Shown here: piece after piece, positions 11,685-23,783 of the stretch
How positions within the stretch are numbered: position 1 is the first letter of the stretch
Layout of the letters: each line of letters begins with the position of its first letter
NCBI GenBank assembly: GCA_964247055.1
Contig: OZ176050.1
Span: 12,524,001-12,588,000, forward strand
Reading direction: 5' to 3'
Length of the DNA stretch: 64,000 nucleotides
Source of the DNA: Paragordius varius
Taxonomy: Eukaryota; Animalia; Nematomorpha
Notes under the pieces: generated by a model
Seen by the model: only the letters and a program-made list of their open reading frames with translations
What the model was told of the DNA's origin: nothing
Databases searched by the model: none
Made by a program: the position numbers and the translations under genes

Positions 11685-12422
11685 TTATTCCGGGCAAGGG
11701 CGTTTAAGTCCAGTTGAACCAAATCCGTTGGCATTTCGTTCAGTTTCATTCAAACAATCCTTGTTGTTAAACAAAATTAAGTAAAAATTTAGGAAAATAC
11801 AAATATTGTATATAGAACTTACAACTTCTTCTAACTGAGGATATGCAATTTTTTCGCAAATAAGTTGAGCTATTCTCATGTGCTTTTCAACTGAAAGTTT
11901 TATATAATATATGTATAAAAGTTAATTAATATGTTTAATATATATAAATGTATTACCCTTAAATGAATTTTCTCCATGGTTAAATAAAACAACACCAACA
12001 TTTCCGCGGTAATCTTTGTCGATAACACCGGCACCAACATTTATCCCATGCTTTGCAGCTAAACCTGATCTTGAAGCTATATCAGATTATGTATAACACA
12101 TAATAGTCCCAAAAATTTGTGATTTTTAACGTTTTTTAATGCATTTATGACCTTCATTAAGGAAATATCAAATAAAAGCAACCTATTCGTCCATAGCAAT
12201 CTTCGGGAACTGCTATTTGAATATCTGTTTTGACTGTTGCATATCCTTGAGAGGGGATTTCACATTCGTATGCACTAAATAATTAAAGCATTGCACTAAC
12301 CTATATAAGTCATATCCTGCAGCATTTTTGCTGCCTTTTGTGGGTATCACGGCATTTTCACTCAATTTTGCGACTTTTAATACGCAATTGCCCTTTGGTT
12401 TTTCGGGAGATTCAAAAGTCAT
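11685..12422 (-). CDS. DUT: dUTP pyrophosphatase (trimeric dUTPase), 5 exons
   Basis: Exons 12422-12301, 12274-12183, 12076-11957, 11890-11823, 11759-11685. Motifs: [49 protein letters not shown]. Confidence 0.97.
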
Positions 12423-12829
12423 TTGCGCCGTAATTTTAAAATGAATGTTGCTGTAAAGTTACAGTATGTTTTGAATTTAAAATTTTTGGTGTGAAAATTT
12501 ATATAGTGGACAACATATTTTTGAAGATATTAAAAATTATAACATAAATATAATGGTGTAATATTTTTAAATTAAATAACACAGAGTAAGTAATATTTAA
12601 ACGTAAAATATAGTAAAACATACAAAAAATGTAGTAAATACGATTAACTACATAAGAGATTTTTTTAAACAGATTATTTGTGTTTCAAAATGGTTGATAC
12701 ATATTTGTTAAATTTATAAACATTTAAACAGAAAGTATCATATATTTCCTGTGTTCCATTGAGGTTTTAATAAAAGATTGTTTGAACACAATTTAATTGG
12801 TGGCTAGTAACGTGAATTCATAGCTATGG

Positions 12830-15105
12830 CAGGGGCATACCGAGGGGGGGAGGGCAAGGGGGTGCATCATGCCCCGGGCGCCGTTATTTAGGGGCGCCTA
12901 AATGATTTTTTAAATCATTATCGTTCGCCATTATCATAAGATCAATTCAATATATGCAACAAAAACATTATTTTTATATATAATTTCCATATTATATAAT
13001 TTATTAGAATATTTATGTATTTAAAAATGAATAAATTTAATATCATCTATATATTTATTAAAATGGAAAATGCTGGCTTTGTGATCTGGTACCGGGAAAC
13101 CGGTAGACCCATTCAAATCCAAACATCGAAAAAATATACTCATTAATGAATGCTTCGACAATAGCTTCGCCCTTTTTTGAATTAGGCCCCCGGTTCGGGC
13201 CGACCCCGTGTGAAAAACGCGTTTTTTTTGAAAACAGAAGTCCACAAAAATCGTGTCTTTGAGACAATTTTCCGGAGAACGTGTTGGACCATTCAATTTC
13301 AAATATGATTTTTGTTTACTTATTTTCGATTGCGCCGAACATGGTCGTCTCGCTTTTTTAATTTAGGCCCTCTTTTTACCCGCTCCCCCCGTAAAATGCC
13401 ATTTTTCAAAAAACAAAGTCTACAAAAATAATTTTTTGATTCTATTTTTCGCCAAGGGTATGAGACCGTAAAAATTCAATAAGGATTTCAGGTATTCCCT
13501 GTTAAAAGGCAAAAATTTCAATCAAGCGTTTCTTTGATGATAGCTGTAGAGTAAGGAGCCCGCCAAAAAGTGACCCGTCATATCGAAATAGCGTGTTGTG
13601 GCTAAATTTCAGAAAATCTATCAGGGCATATGAGTTCAATAGCTGCTTAAAGTTTTCCCCGTAAAAAGTCAAAAATTTTAGTCGAGCGGATTTTGCAAAT
13701 TAATTTTTTGAATCTATTTTTCGCCTAAGGTAAAAGACTTTATAAATTCAATAAGGATTCCAGATATTCCCTGTTAAAAGGCAAATATTTTAGTCAAGCG
13801 TTTCTTTGATGACAGCTGCTGAGTAAGGAGCTACCCGCGAAAAAGTGATCCGTCATATCGCAATAGCGTGCTTTTGGGCTAAGTTTCAGAAAACCTATCA
13901 GGTCATATGAGTTTAATAGCTGCTCAATGTTACCCCTAACAAGACAAAACTTTAGATCGTGCGGTTTTTTTTAAAATTAGCCGTTTAGGCCCTTCACGCA
14001 CTGAAAAATGCGCCACCATAAAAATATTCTTTAATTTTGAGGCAATTCCAAAAACTAATAAGAGCATATGGAATCAATCATGATTCCAGGTATTCTCCGT
14101 ATAAAGGCGAAAATTTTAATCAAGAGCTCTTTTTGTAGGCAAAACTTTAGATCGTGCGGTTTTTTTTAAAATTAGCCGTTTAGGCCCTTCACGCACTGAA
14201 AAATGCGCCACCATAAAAATATTCTTTAATTTTGAGGCAATTCCAAAAACTAATAAGAGCATATGGAATCAATCATGATTCCAGGTATTCTCCGTATAAA
14301 GGCGAAAATTTTAATCAAGAGCTCTTTTTGTATCAGCCTCTGGGTAGGGAGCTACCCGCCAAAAACTGCGCCACAATATAAAATTTACGTTCTTTTGGAA
14401 CTATTATAAAAAAAACTTATACCATATGAACTCATTTAAAATTCTAAATACCCGTAACTAAGTAAAAATTAAGGTCAGGCCTTTTTTAATTAGCCGTTAA
14501 TTTATGGCCTTTATGCCCTAAAAATCCGCCATCATCGAACGATTATTTAGTGTTGAGGTATTTCTTCGAATAACCCATGAGACTATGGTGTCAGCGCTTT
14601 TTCCATATAGGGCTATGGGTAGGGGTCTACCGGTTTAAAACTGAGACTCCATAAAAAATGGGGTTTCGAGATAATTTTCAAAAAACTTAAGGAGCCATAC
14701 GAGTTCAATAAAGACTTTATATATTACGCATAAAAAGGTAAAAATAATAGTATAGCGGTTTTTTCCTTAGCCGTCAATTCGCGGCCTTTACACCAATAAA
14801 TAATTTATTATTATGAATGCAACATTTCGAAAATCCTATGAGATCATAGCTATTGAATAATGTTTCGAAATAATCCACATATATGGATCATTTTATTGAT
14901 CCCTTTTTTCAAATACCCCCCCCTCCAGAAATCCGAATATATTTAATAGCTTTAAAATTAATATGACTGTGCTGTCTTATCTATGGTGTTTAGGTTACAA
15001 CGTTTATATTTTGTTTTCTAAATTGTTTTATAGCTTTTAAAAAAAAGGGGGGGGGGGCATAAAAGTTTTATGCCCCGGGCGCCCTAAATGCTCGGTACGC
15101 CAATG
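12830..15105. mobile_element. Non-autonomous hAT-superfamily DNA transposon (2276 bp) with internal repeat array
   Basis: Perfect 8-bp TSD AGCTATGG (12822-12829 and 15106-15113). Imperfect 15-bp TIR CAGGGGCATACCGAG / CTCGGTACGCCAATG. Subterminal ATGCCCCGGGCGCC near both ends. No transposase ORF. Confidence 0.88.
13433..14330. repeat. Tandem repeat array inside the hAT element (about 271-bp diverged units plus a near-exact 195-bp duplication)
   Basis: Sequence at 13433 recurs at about 13704. Sequence from 13945 recurs from 14140 almost identically. Confidence 0.85.
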
Positions 15106-15742
15106 AGCTATGGAAATCTTATTACTTACTGCACATAAAAATGTTAATCAAATATTTATCTGATAGAAAAGAATTTTCTTGGAAATTTTAGTTTCATTAA
15201 CAGGTCATATAAAAAAATATACATTTTTTATGTTTGTGCTACATATAAAAATCAAAAAATTTGCGTACATTACGCTAAATAAAATATTTTGGTGAAAGCT
15301 TAATGCTTCAACAAGAAATATTTAAAATTTATATATTTAATAAGTTAGATATCTTTTATAATTATGATTTTTAGAAGTTGACTCCGAAAGTCTCAAATTA
15401 ATCCATCGACTAAAATGGGCTAGTTTCTGGAATAAGGGCAAAAATACCGAGATAAGCAATAAAAATTTTGAATATATGCTAGATTTCACAGTGCATACAA
15501 CTAAAAATTCTGTTAGAGATAGAAAATGTAAGATTATCATAGTGCATTTGGTTTTACGCCATACGGATATACTCCCACTTATGGGTTAACTGCTCCATAA
15601 AAATGGTATAATTTTCGCCTAAAACTTTCTGGAGTAAGCTAAATGTTTTACTCTAATAAATATCACTAAAGTATATCATTAATACAAAATATATTATTTT
15701 TATTAAATTTTGGACGTGGGCTCCGCACGTCTCATATTTTGA

Positions 15743-16651
15743 CCCCTCTGAAATTAGTCGGGTATCTAAATATTCCAGACTATATTTGAGTTGATATTTT
15801 TAAAACTTGAAACCGTCCCAATTTAAATTTATGCTCTATTTAATAAATCTGATTTTTTCTTATTTTTAAATTTAACTAATGCTCACATTTATTTTGACAC
15901 TTGGATACAACACACTCATTTTAGTCCTTCGATTCAAATTGGGGTAGTTGGATACCCCAGGCCTGTTTAAAATCAAATACTTTAAAAAGTATAGAAGCAA
16001 TCGAAACCATGGCAAAATTTTGCACTTATATAACATTAATATACCGAAATAAAAAAATTTATTCAAAAATACTTGATATTACTTATTTTGAGCTAAAACT
16101 GAAAGGTAAAAATTTAGGCAACGTGACATGTGTCAAATTGTAAAATTAAAAAATAATACAAAATAAACCGCTTTTTCTATTTCTATCAATGTTAGATGTA
16201 ATTTATATAAAAAACAAGCTTTAGTTTTACCCTTAAAATTATATGAAGACGATATTTTGCAAAATAAAAATGGCGTCGAAGTAGTTTGAGATGGAACTTT
16301 TTTAAAACAAAATTTTATCAAGATATTTTGGCATATTAAATAATATTTATTAGGATAGAAGCATTTTAAATTGGGACCGTTTCCTTCAGTAGTTTTTTAA
16401 AAATTTTAATTTAAATTTAGTCTGGGGTATTTAGATACCCCAATTTGAATCGAGGTGTTAAAATAAGTCATATCAAATATTTGTTAATAAACCTTTTTAT
16501 ATATTTCGTTCCATTAATGTTATAGTGCAAATTTTTGCCATGGTTTCAATTCATTTCACAGTTTTTAAATTATTTAGATTTAAACAGGCTAGGGTATACA
16601 ACTATCCTAATTTGAATCGAAGGACTAAAATATATGTGTTGTACCCTAGGG
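15743..16651 (-). mobile_element. piggyBac-like MITE (outer copy), interrupted by a second copy
   Basis: CCC...GGG termini with TTGA on both sides (15739-15742, 16652-16655). Its halves are reverse-complement matches to the element at 49832-50151. Confidence 0.7.
15898..16457 (+). mobile_element. piggyBac-like MITE (inner copy, opposite orientation)
   Basis: TTGA-CACTTGGATAC...AATCGAGGTG-TTAA. Internal inverted repeat CTTCGATTCAAATTGGGGTA / TACCCCAATTTGAATCGAGG. Same family as 49832-50151. Confidence 0.75.
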
Positions 16652-17666
16652 TTGAGGCAAATATGCCGATATGGAATAAAAATTTAAATTTGCGCCATTT
16701 TGCATGAAAAAGTTATTTTCCGAAAAATGGATAATGCTTAAAATTTTGATGAAGCAAGTTTTATAGTATTTTGCATAAATTATAAAAAACTTAAAGACAT
16801 TATTAATACTTTATTTGATAATGCAGATGACCCCATGAATTAAAAAGTGTTTGATTTTAAATTGAATAATATTTTGTTAACGAAACAACTTATATATAAT
16901 TGAATCTCCAGGAAAATAAATTGTTAATCAAAAATCGAGGGTGATAAAATGTTCTGCAAAATCAAATCATAAAAAGTGTATTTATAATATCAAATTGTTA
17001 TTATACCGATTCCACCATTCATACCATAAAACTCCTAAATAAAAAGTTAAGCATAATATCCATTTTTTCGGAAAAAACTTTGTTGATGTAAAATAACAAT
17101 TTAATTTTTTTATCGCACAATATCAGGATTTTGCGTAAAATAGCTCATTTCAGAAAAATCCGAAAATTTGGGACTTTCACAGCCCAAATATCTATTTTAA
17201 TGTTTTTTAATATTATTTTTTTTATATAGTTTATGGTATATTTTATAGATATTTTTCGGAATGAAACATTTAGTTTACACCAAAAAATTAAGCTAGCAAA
17301 ATGGAAATTTTGCTATTTTTTGATATGAAGCAGTCCAAAAATGGTAATTAATGGTAATATGTTACTTAATCCCTCGTAAGGCCCAAAGCCAAAATCACCG
17401 TTATGGTCTTGATATTTTTTTTATAAGAATGTATATTATTTACCCCCCCGATTTTATGCGCTGGAAAAATATTTTGAATATTTTGTATTAATACTATAAA
17501 ATTTTTATGGACCGTATTTAAGGTATGTATATGATGAAAAGAGTGGGAATATATTAAAAACTATCCTTCAGAGTTTAATTATACTAAACTTTTTCATCAC
17601 CTCTTTGATAATGCAATTTGTTCGCCTCCAAATTTAAATTGTATAATATTATAACTTATTAAATTA

Positions 17667-17952
17667 TACCATTAACAGTTCAAATCCACCTTTTCAAATA
17701 CACCCTTAAAATAAAATATGTGTTTTCGTACTTATATAACTCTAATTAATATGAATTTATCTTTATGGCATAGTTTCTTATTTTAGTGGTATTTTAAAAA
17801 AAATTTTATTTTTTAAAAATATATAAAAATATAGGTATTTTTTATCTTAAAAAACAATTTTATTTGAGGGTAAGTTTGAATTGTTCGAGGGTGAATTGGA
17901 ATTGTTCAAGTGTAAATTTGAATTGTTTAATGGTTTTGAATTGTAAATAGTA
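17667..17952 (+). mobile_element. MITE with TACCATTTACA-type TIR and 21-bp subterminal tandem repeats, copy 1
   Basis: Similar over its length to 18437-18735, 33496-33749 and 38655-38926. GAGGGTGAATTTGAATTGTTC-type repeats. Confidence 0.75.
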
Positions 17953-18225
17953 TATTTAAATTTGAGGCAGATGACACAATCAAAATTCTGAGGTCATGGA
18001 AATGTTCAGCATCAATGATTTTAAAAAAGTCTTTTCATCTTACCTTAAGTTGTTTTCTTTCTACTATGTTTGTAAACTCAAGAATATATTTGAATAAAAA
18101 TGAAAAAAAATATTTAAATAACGCCTCCCTATCAATGTTCTAATTTTAATAACAATCAATTATTTTTGTTTTTTTGGAATAATGCTTTAGCTGTTATGCT
18201 TTAATATTATTATATTTTTTGCAAT

Positions 18226-19505
18226 ATGAATCCTGAAATAAACGATGTCTGGGCTGATGGTTTTGCTATGGAAAAATATATGGCTGAAAAAGAATGGAAT
18301 GATGAGTTGGAAAAGGTATTAATTATTTACAGTAAACCCCCTCCTTCCATAATGACCCCAAATGTAATAAAAATACATGGCATAATATTGGCATTCTAAC
18401 TCTTTTTAAGAAAAAATTGAACTTTTAATAAAAAATTACATTGCAAATTCACCTTTAAACAATTCAAATTCACCCTAAAATAAATTGTGTTTTTAAGATT
18501 AAAAATTGCCTATATGTTTTTATATTTTTAAAAATTAAAATTTCGTTTAAATTAATATAATACTGAAAAAATAATAAACTATGCCATAAGAATATATTTC
18601 TTATTAATGATGAGTTACATTAGCCCGAAAACACATAATTTATTTTAAGAGTGAATTCGAATTGTTCAAGGGTGAATTTAAATTGTTTGAGGGTGAATTT
18701 AAATTGTTCAAGGGTGAATTTGAATTCTAAATATATAATATTCGTTTTTTTTTCAATATATTTGGAAAATAAATAATAATTTTAATTTTTTTAATTGTGG
18801 ACACATAATACAAACAAACTAATAGTTTGTGTGATAGTATACTAAAACTTAAGAAACCTTATTTAAAAATCGAAAAATGTATCATGGACAGCATTAAATA
18901 ATTAGTTTATTGCTTTTTAAAGAGTTCCTTATTAGGAAAGATAATTACAGCCATCGCTCCGTTATATTAAGGATCTGATTAGCAATGTGTTGTAGGACAA
19001 TATTTTAGATTTAGTCGACGGTTGGGGGGTTAAGAACCATATTAACGATTCTCAACATTCTAATTTATTATAATGGAAAAAAATTTATATTAGTTTTTAA
19101 TAACCCGATCTTTTTGTATTCAGATCAAACATTAGTAATGTTAGTAATAATGTAAGTAGGCGAGTGTAGTACCTTTCATAGAGCTTAAATACAATTTAAT
19201 CTTTAATAAAAAAGATTCTAAATAAACCCAAACTGTATATGATCATAATATTTTATAAAAAAATTAAAAAATCAGGATACGCATAAGCATTAAGAGTATA
19301 TGTAGTTGATTCCAGTGAAAATAATTATTTAATATAGTTTGAAGACGAATTTACACAAAAATTTGAAAAAATGCAACGCAACCTCTCCCTCCAATTCCAA
19401 CAACTGAAAATCAAACTGGTGAATAAAAGCTTAAAACATAAACGCCAACTATTGGAACGTTTATACGATAAACGAACAGTGGAGTTGGATAACCAATTGA
19501 CCCAA

Positions 19506-19546
<41 letters not shown>

Positions 19547-20372
19547 TAATAGATTTAAAATTACAACGCAATCTTCGATTGACATTTTAGAATTTAAAAA
19601 TTTAAATAATAGCTGTTTCTGTGAAGCTTCGCTGTGATATAGGCGAAACGATCCTTTTGTCAGGTTGGGAAAATAATAACTGCAATAATGAGGAGGATAG
19701 TTTTCTAAATGATCGATAGTACGGACAAATTTTATTTTTAAGAATCTTTAACATTCCCTCATCAGTCATCTAATATTTTAGCCATTATAATAATTTACTT
19801 ATATTAACACTTTTTAAACTAGGTGTTTTTATTGTAAAAAATTATAATAATTTATATCGTACAAAGTCAATATTGTAATTAAACGGGCATGTTTTTCCAA
19901 AAATTGTATTAAAAACGTAATATAATTTTTATTAACACTCAGAGATATTCTTTGAAAATATGAAATTCTTTATTATTTAATGTTTTTAGCGCGTACAACT
20001 CTTATTTAACAATTAATTAAAAATCATATTCCCAACCCGGTATATAATTACACCATTTTACCTGATAATATATTATATTATGTATAAAATTTTTTATATA
20101 TAATTTAATTGTTATCCATTAAAAAACACATAATTGTTTTGGACTTAAACTTAAACTACCCCAAAATGTTTCATTAGCTTCATATTTATCATTCAGTTTA
20201 AATTAATAAATCTATTAATTGCTAAAATGTTGTGAACTTTAAGGTTTTTATTATGCCGAGTCGTAAAATAATACGTTTAAATAATCTATAAATATTAACA
20301 TTGATTTTTAAACCAAAAATTATGGTTTTTATAGGAAACTATTCCTTAAAATAATAATAAGTCTTTGAAGGT

Positions 20373-20429
<57 letters not shown>

Positions 20430-23394
20430 GATTACCATATAGTCCTGATCAAAATTATCACCTTTTCGCACCCATATTATAGTTTGAGTATACCATTTCA
20501 AAAATATTACAAAAAATAAGAATTTATGCCTATATTTTTTTATTTCAACTATATAAAAGTTTATCACATAATTATTATGAAGAAAAGTATTTAATTCTCC
20601 ACACGATTTTATGAATAACCCTATATTGTTATTTAATCCAACACATAAATAAATTACAGTATGAGTAAGTATACCTTGCTAGAAAGTTATTAATTATTGC
20701 CAAATAGTATATACAACAAAGGGCAGTATTATTGGCTTATAGTTATTTTTTTCACTTTTTACTATTATTATCCAATAATGATTCCTTTGCTGCATATGCT
20801 ATTTGGCAATAATTAATAACTTTCTAGTAATATATACTTACTCTCATACTATAATATTATGTTATGAAAATTTTAGGCGCATGAATATTTACGGCACAAA
20901 TTGTACAACAATTGGGAGGAGGAAAAAACAAGGGCTAAAAACCAATTTAAAAAACAGATAGCTAGGTTTGAGGTTTTAGACAAAGAAAAAAGCAAAGCTC
21001 GGGAACTTCAAATGATTCAAGAATTAGATGTGGAGCGTGAAAAATTAGAAAAAGTACAAAATTTAATGTTTTAGGAATGGCGGCAACGATTCGTGGCAGC
21101 GTTCCATTCTTGGGACAATTATGTTAAAGGTAATTTGGAGGGAGAAATTGGTCAGGAATGGGAAGGTATGAAAACTAAAGCCAACCTGATATTTCGGGAA
21201 TGTCTTGATAAAACTTTGAAAGTTAGATATTTTTGCTTTTATATCATGGATGCCCAATACAAATGGGTTCGCGCGTTGAATTTTTAACTCAAAAAACTCG
21301 GCGGAATTCATTTAACAGGAATAAATAAATTTTTTATTGGGCATCAAACATTAAAAATTGTTTATAATGTAATTATTATTTATCAGCCATTTCTTTATTG
21401 CCAAAAATGAAAACAAATTAATTAGCTTCTTATTTAATAGGATTTTTAGCATATTTGCAAAAGTATACATCTTTACATGGTATTTGAATTTTTTATGGGC
21501 CGCACAAAATATCTCGGGGGGTCGCGAGTCAGGTATCCCTGCTTTTTATTAGCACACTAATTACAAACAAGGGTTAAAAAATTTTTATGTCATTTCATAT
21601 TTAGGATTACATTAAAGATCAACATGAACAAGAGTTAGTTTTTGAAGAGCAATTAGCGACCCTAAAAGAATGGATCATGAATGATTACAACAAAATTAAA
21701 TGGAATATATTTTCTTCGCTTGAACACACTAAATCGCACGCTCACGGCGAATTTGAAATCGAAAGGGTGGACAAGGTTAAAGATTTCCTATCAGTCTCAG
21801 CTAAAACTACAGACGGTTCCGATACCACTGAGAAGAAAAATCAGAACTTAAAGGTTTATATATTGCAAATATAACCATAATTTTATATGACCTATGCAGA
21901 TGGTAATGCGATTGTAATAGTTAATATTTATAAAACAAAGTATTAATGATCCATATTGAGTTTTATGAAATTGGATATCGAATCTAGTAAAATAAATGAA
22001 TTGAGAGATTAACTTTGGCTACCACCTGTTGTAATATTAATTGCAATCAACACCCATTTGATCTTTTTAATTGCTTTTTTTTCTACGTCAAAGGAATGGG
22101 AAAGGGATCGTATGCAAAGCTTAGTACAAATAATGACAAATGCGCCGACCAAATCCTACCCTATCAAGAATGAGAGAAACAACACAATATCTAATACCAC
22201 TCTTGATAATAAAGATAAAATCGAGCATATGCAATATCAGAAAAATATAATGATGCCATTAGAATCACTGAACAATAAGGTTAAATTTTTTTGTTCAAAA
22301 ATATTTTTTAACTTTTACATAAAATTTTATCGTTTTAGTTAGGGAGCGTCAAACCCTCGAACCCAGAAAAAATACAGAGTGTAAAATTCGACAAAAATGT
22401 GGATTCAAAAGAGTATGATAATCAGAGCCATTTAATAACAGAATCAACTAGCGCAGTAAAAATACAGAAAAAAATGTCAATCCCTATAAAGATTGATAGT
22501 TCGTTTGGTGGACGAATCCCTTCTGATTTTTGGATAACAACCGAAGAAAATCGAAATGAAAAGAGTTTTCATCAGGTTGAAATAATTTACCTCGAAAAAA
22601 AAATTCTCAAAATTATGCTTTATACACATACTATTATATAGGATAGGAAAAGTTCTGATAAAAAGTCAGAAGACAATTTGGGTGTTAAAACAAAATTTGA
22701 AACCGCGTCAAAAATTGTGGATGAATTGGAAATTATGAAAAACAGTGTTATAATTAATAATGATAAATCATTTATATCTACTGAAAATAAGCAATCTACA
22801 TCATCGGAAGACTATAAACCAAACCATATTTCAGAGGAACCTAAAATTTCAAATAATGGATCCATAGATATAAATAAATCAGAGGAAACAAACAAAAGTT
22901 TAAAAGCCGACACCAGTTTGAATGAGCCCAAAGAAGGATCATCAGTTAATACTTTATTAAATGTACCTCATACCACAACAATTATTAATCAGGCAGGCTT
23001 ATTTAGTCCAAGTGCATCTGAATCCGATTCCCCTGATAACTTGCATACTACACCTTTTGGTAGCAATCCCAATAGTATAACACCCCAACAACAACAACCA
23101 CAGCATATGCCAGTTATTAAACCAAGAAACAACTTTGATGAATCCGAACAAAAATTAGAAAGTCAATTAAAACACAGTGATAAAATTTTATCGCCGCATG
23201 AACCATCTTTTCTTGAAAACAGCAATAATAATAGTATTTTTAGAGAATTTTCATTCAAACAATCCGAACAACAACGAGAGGAGAATGCAGAACCTGCAAA
23301 AAATGTTTTACGAGGTAATATGGAATTATCCCCTACATCTCCCGATCATGATGCAATAGAGAAAAAGACTTTACAAAAAGATGAATGGGATTAA
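18226..23394 (+). CDS. Orphan protein of about 668 aa: N-terminal coiled-coil region, disordered Ser/Asn-rich C-terminus; 8 exons
   Basis: Exons 18226-18315, 19338-19505, 20877-21053, 21075-21221, 21605-21853, 22094-22279, 22339-22575, 22642-23394. All are multiples of 3 with GT-AG junctions and form one ORF ending ...LQKDEWD*. Confidence 0.78.
18437..18735 (-). mobile_element. 21-bp-repeat MITE, copy 2 (intronic)
   Basis: Near-identical internal sequence to 33496-33749, with four 21-bp repeat units at the right end. Confidence 0.72.
19507..19541. repeat. (TA)n microsatellite starting at a splice donor
   Basis: CAA|GTATATATAT... directly visible. Confidence 0.9.
20376..20424. repeat. (AT)n microsatellite
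   Basis: Perfect dinucleotide run. Confidence 0.9.
20657..20851. mobile_element. Fold-back MITE, copy 2 (intronic)
   Basis: TA-CAGTATGAGTAAGT start and long inverted arms, homologous to 9915-10106. Confidence 0.72.
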
Positions 23395-23783
23395 CTTTTA
23401 CGATTGATTGATGGATGGTTATATTTTAAGAGTTCTATAATCTAAAATTATTTAATTTAAAATATTTGCGTTTTATAAAATACATTTTCTTTCAAATAAA
23501 TTATTACAAAATGTCTTCCCATTCATTTATATACCCCATTATAAGACAATGTTTTCAATCAGTTAATAATTACATCTTAGTATATTTTTCTATATTATTT
23601 TTTATAGTGTTTTAATTTTCCGATTTTAAAAATAATTTTTCTGATAAAATTATTAAATAGGAATTGTGAATAAATATTTAAGTTAATCAACCATAGTTTA
23701 AGCTTACTAAGACAAAAAATTTATTCAACTCTGCTATATATAAATTAAAAATAGATAATATAAACTATACAATTTTAACCAAA

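Noticed and set aside
11870-12080. dUTPase motif variants ([13 protein letters not shown])
   Set aside because: The catalytic residues of motifs I-V appear intact, and the changes are within plausible family variation.
13021-13302. Minus-strand ORFs inside the hAT element
   Set aside because: Short, no transposase motifs, and within GC-richer repeat sequence. Likely chance ORFs.
21072-21074. TAG reassignment or alternative genetic code
   Set aside because: A GT-AG 21-nt intron explains it, TAG appears to be a normal stop elsewhere, and long conserved ORFs such as ABCE1 contain no internal stops.
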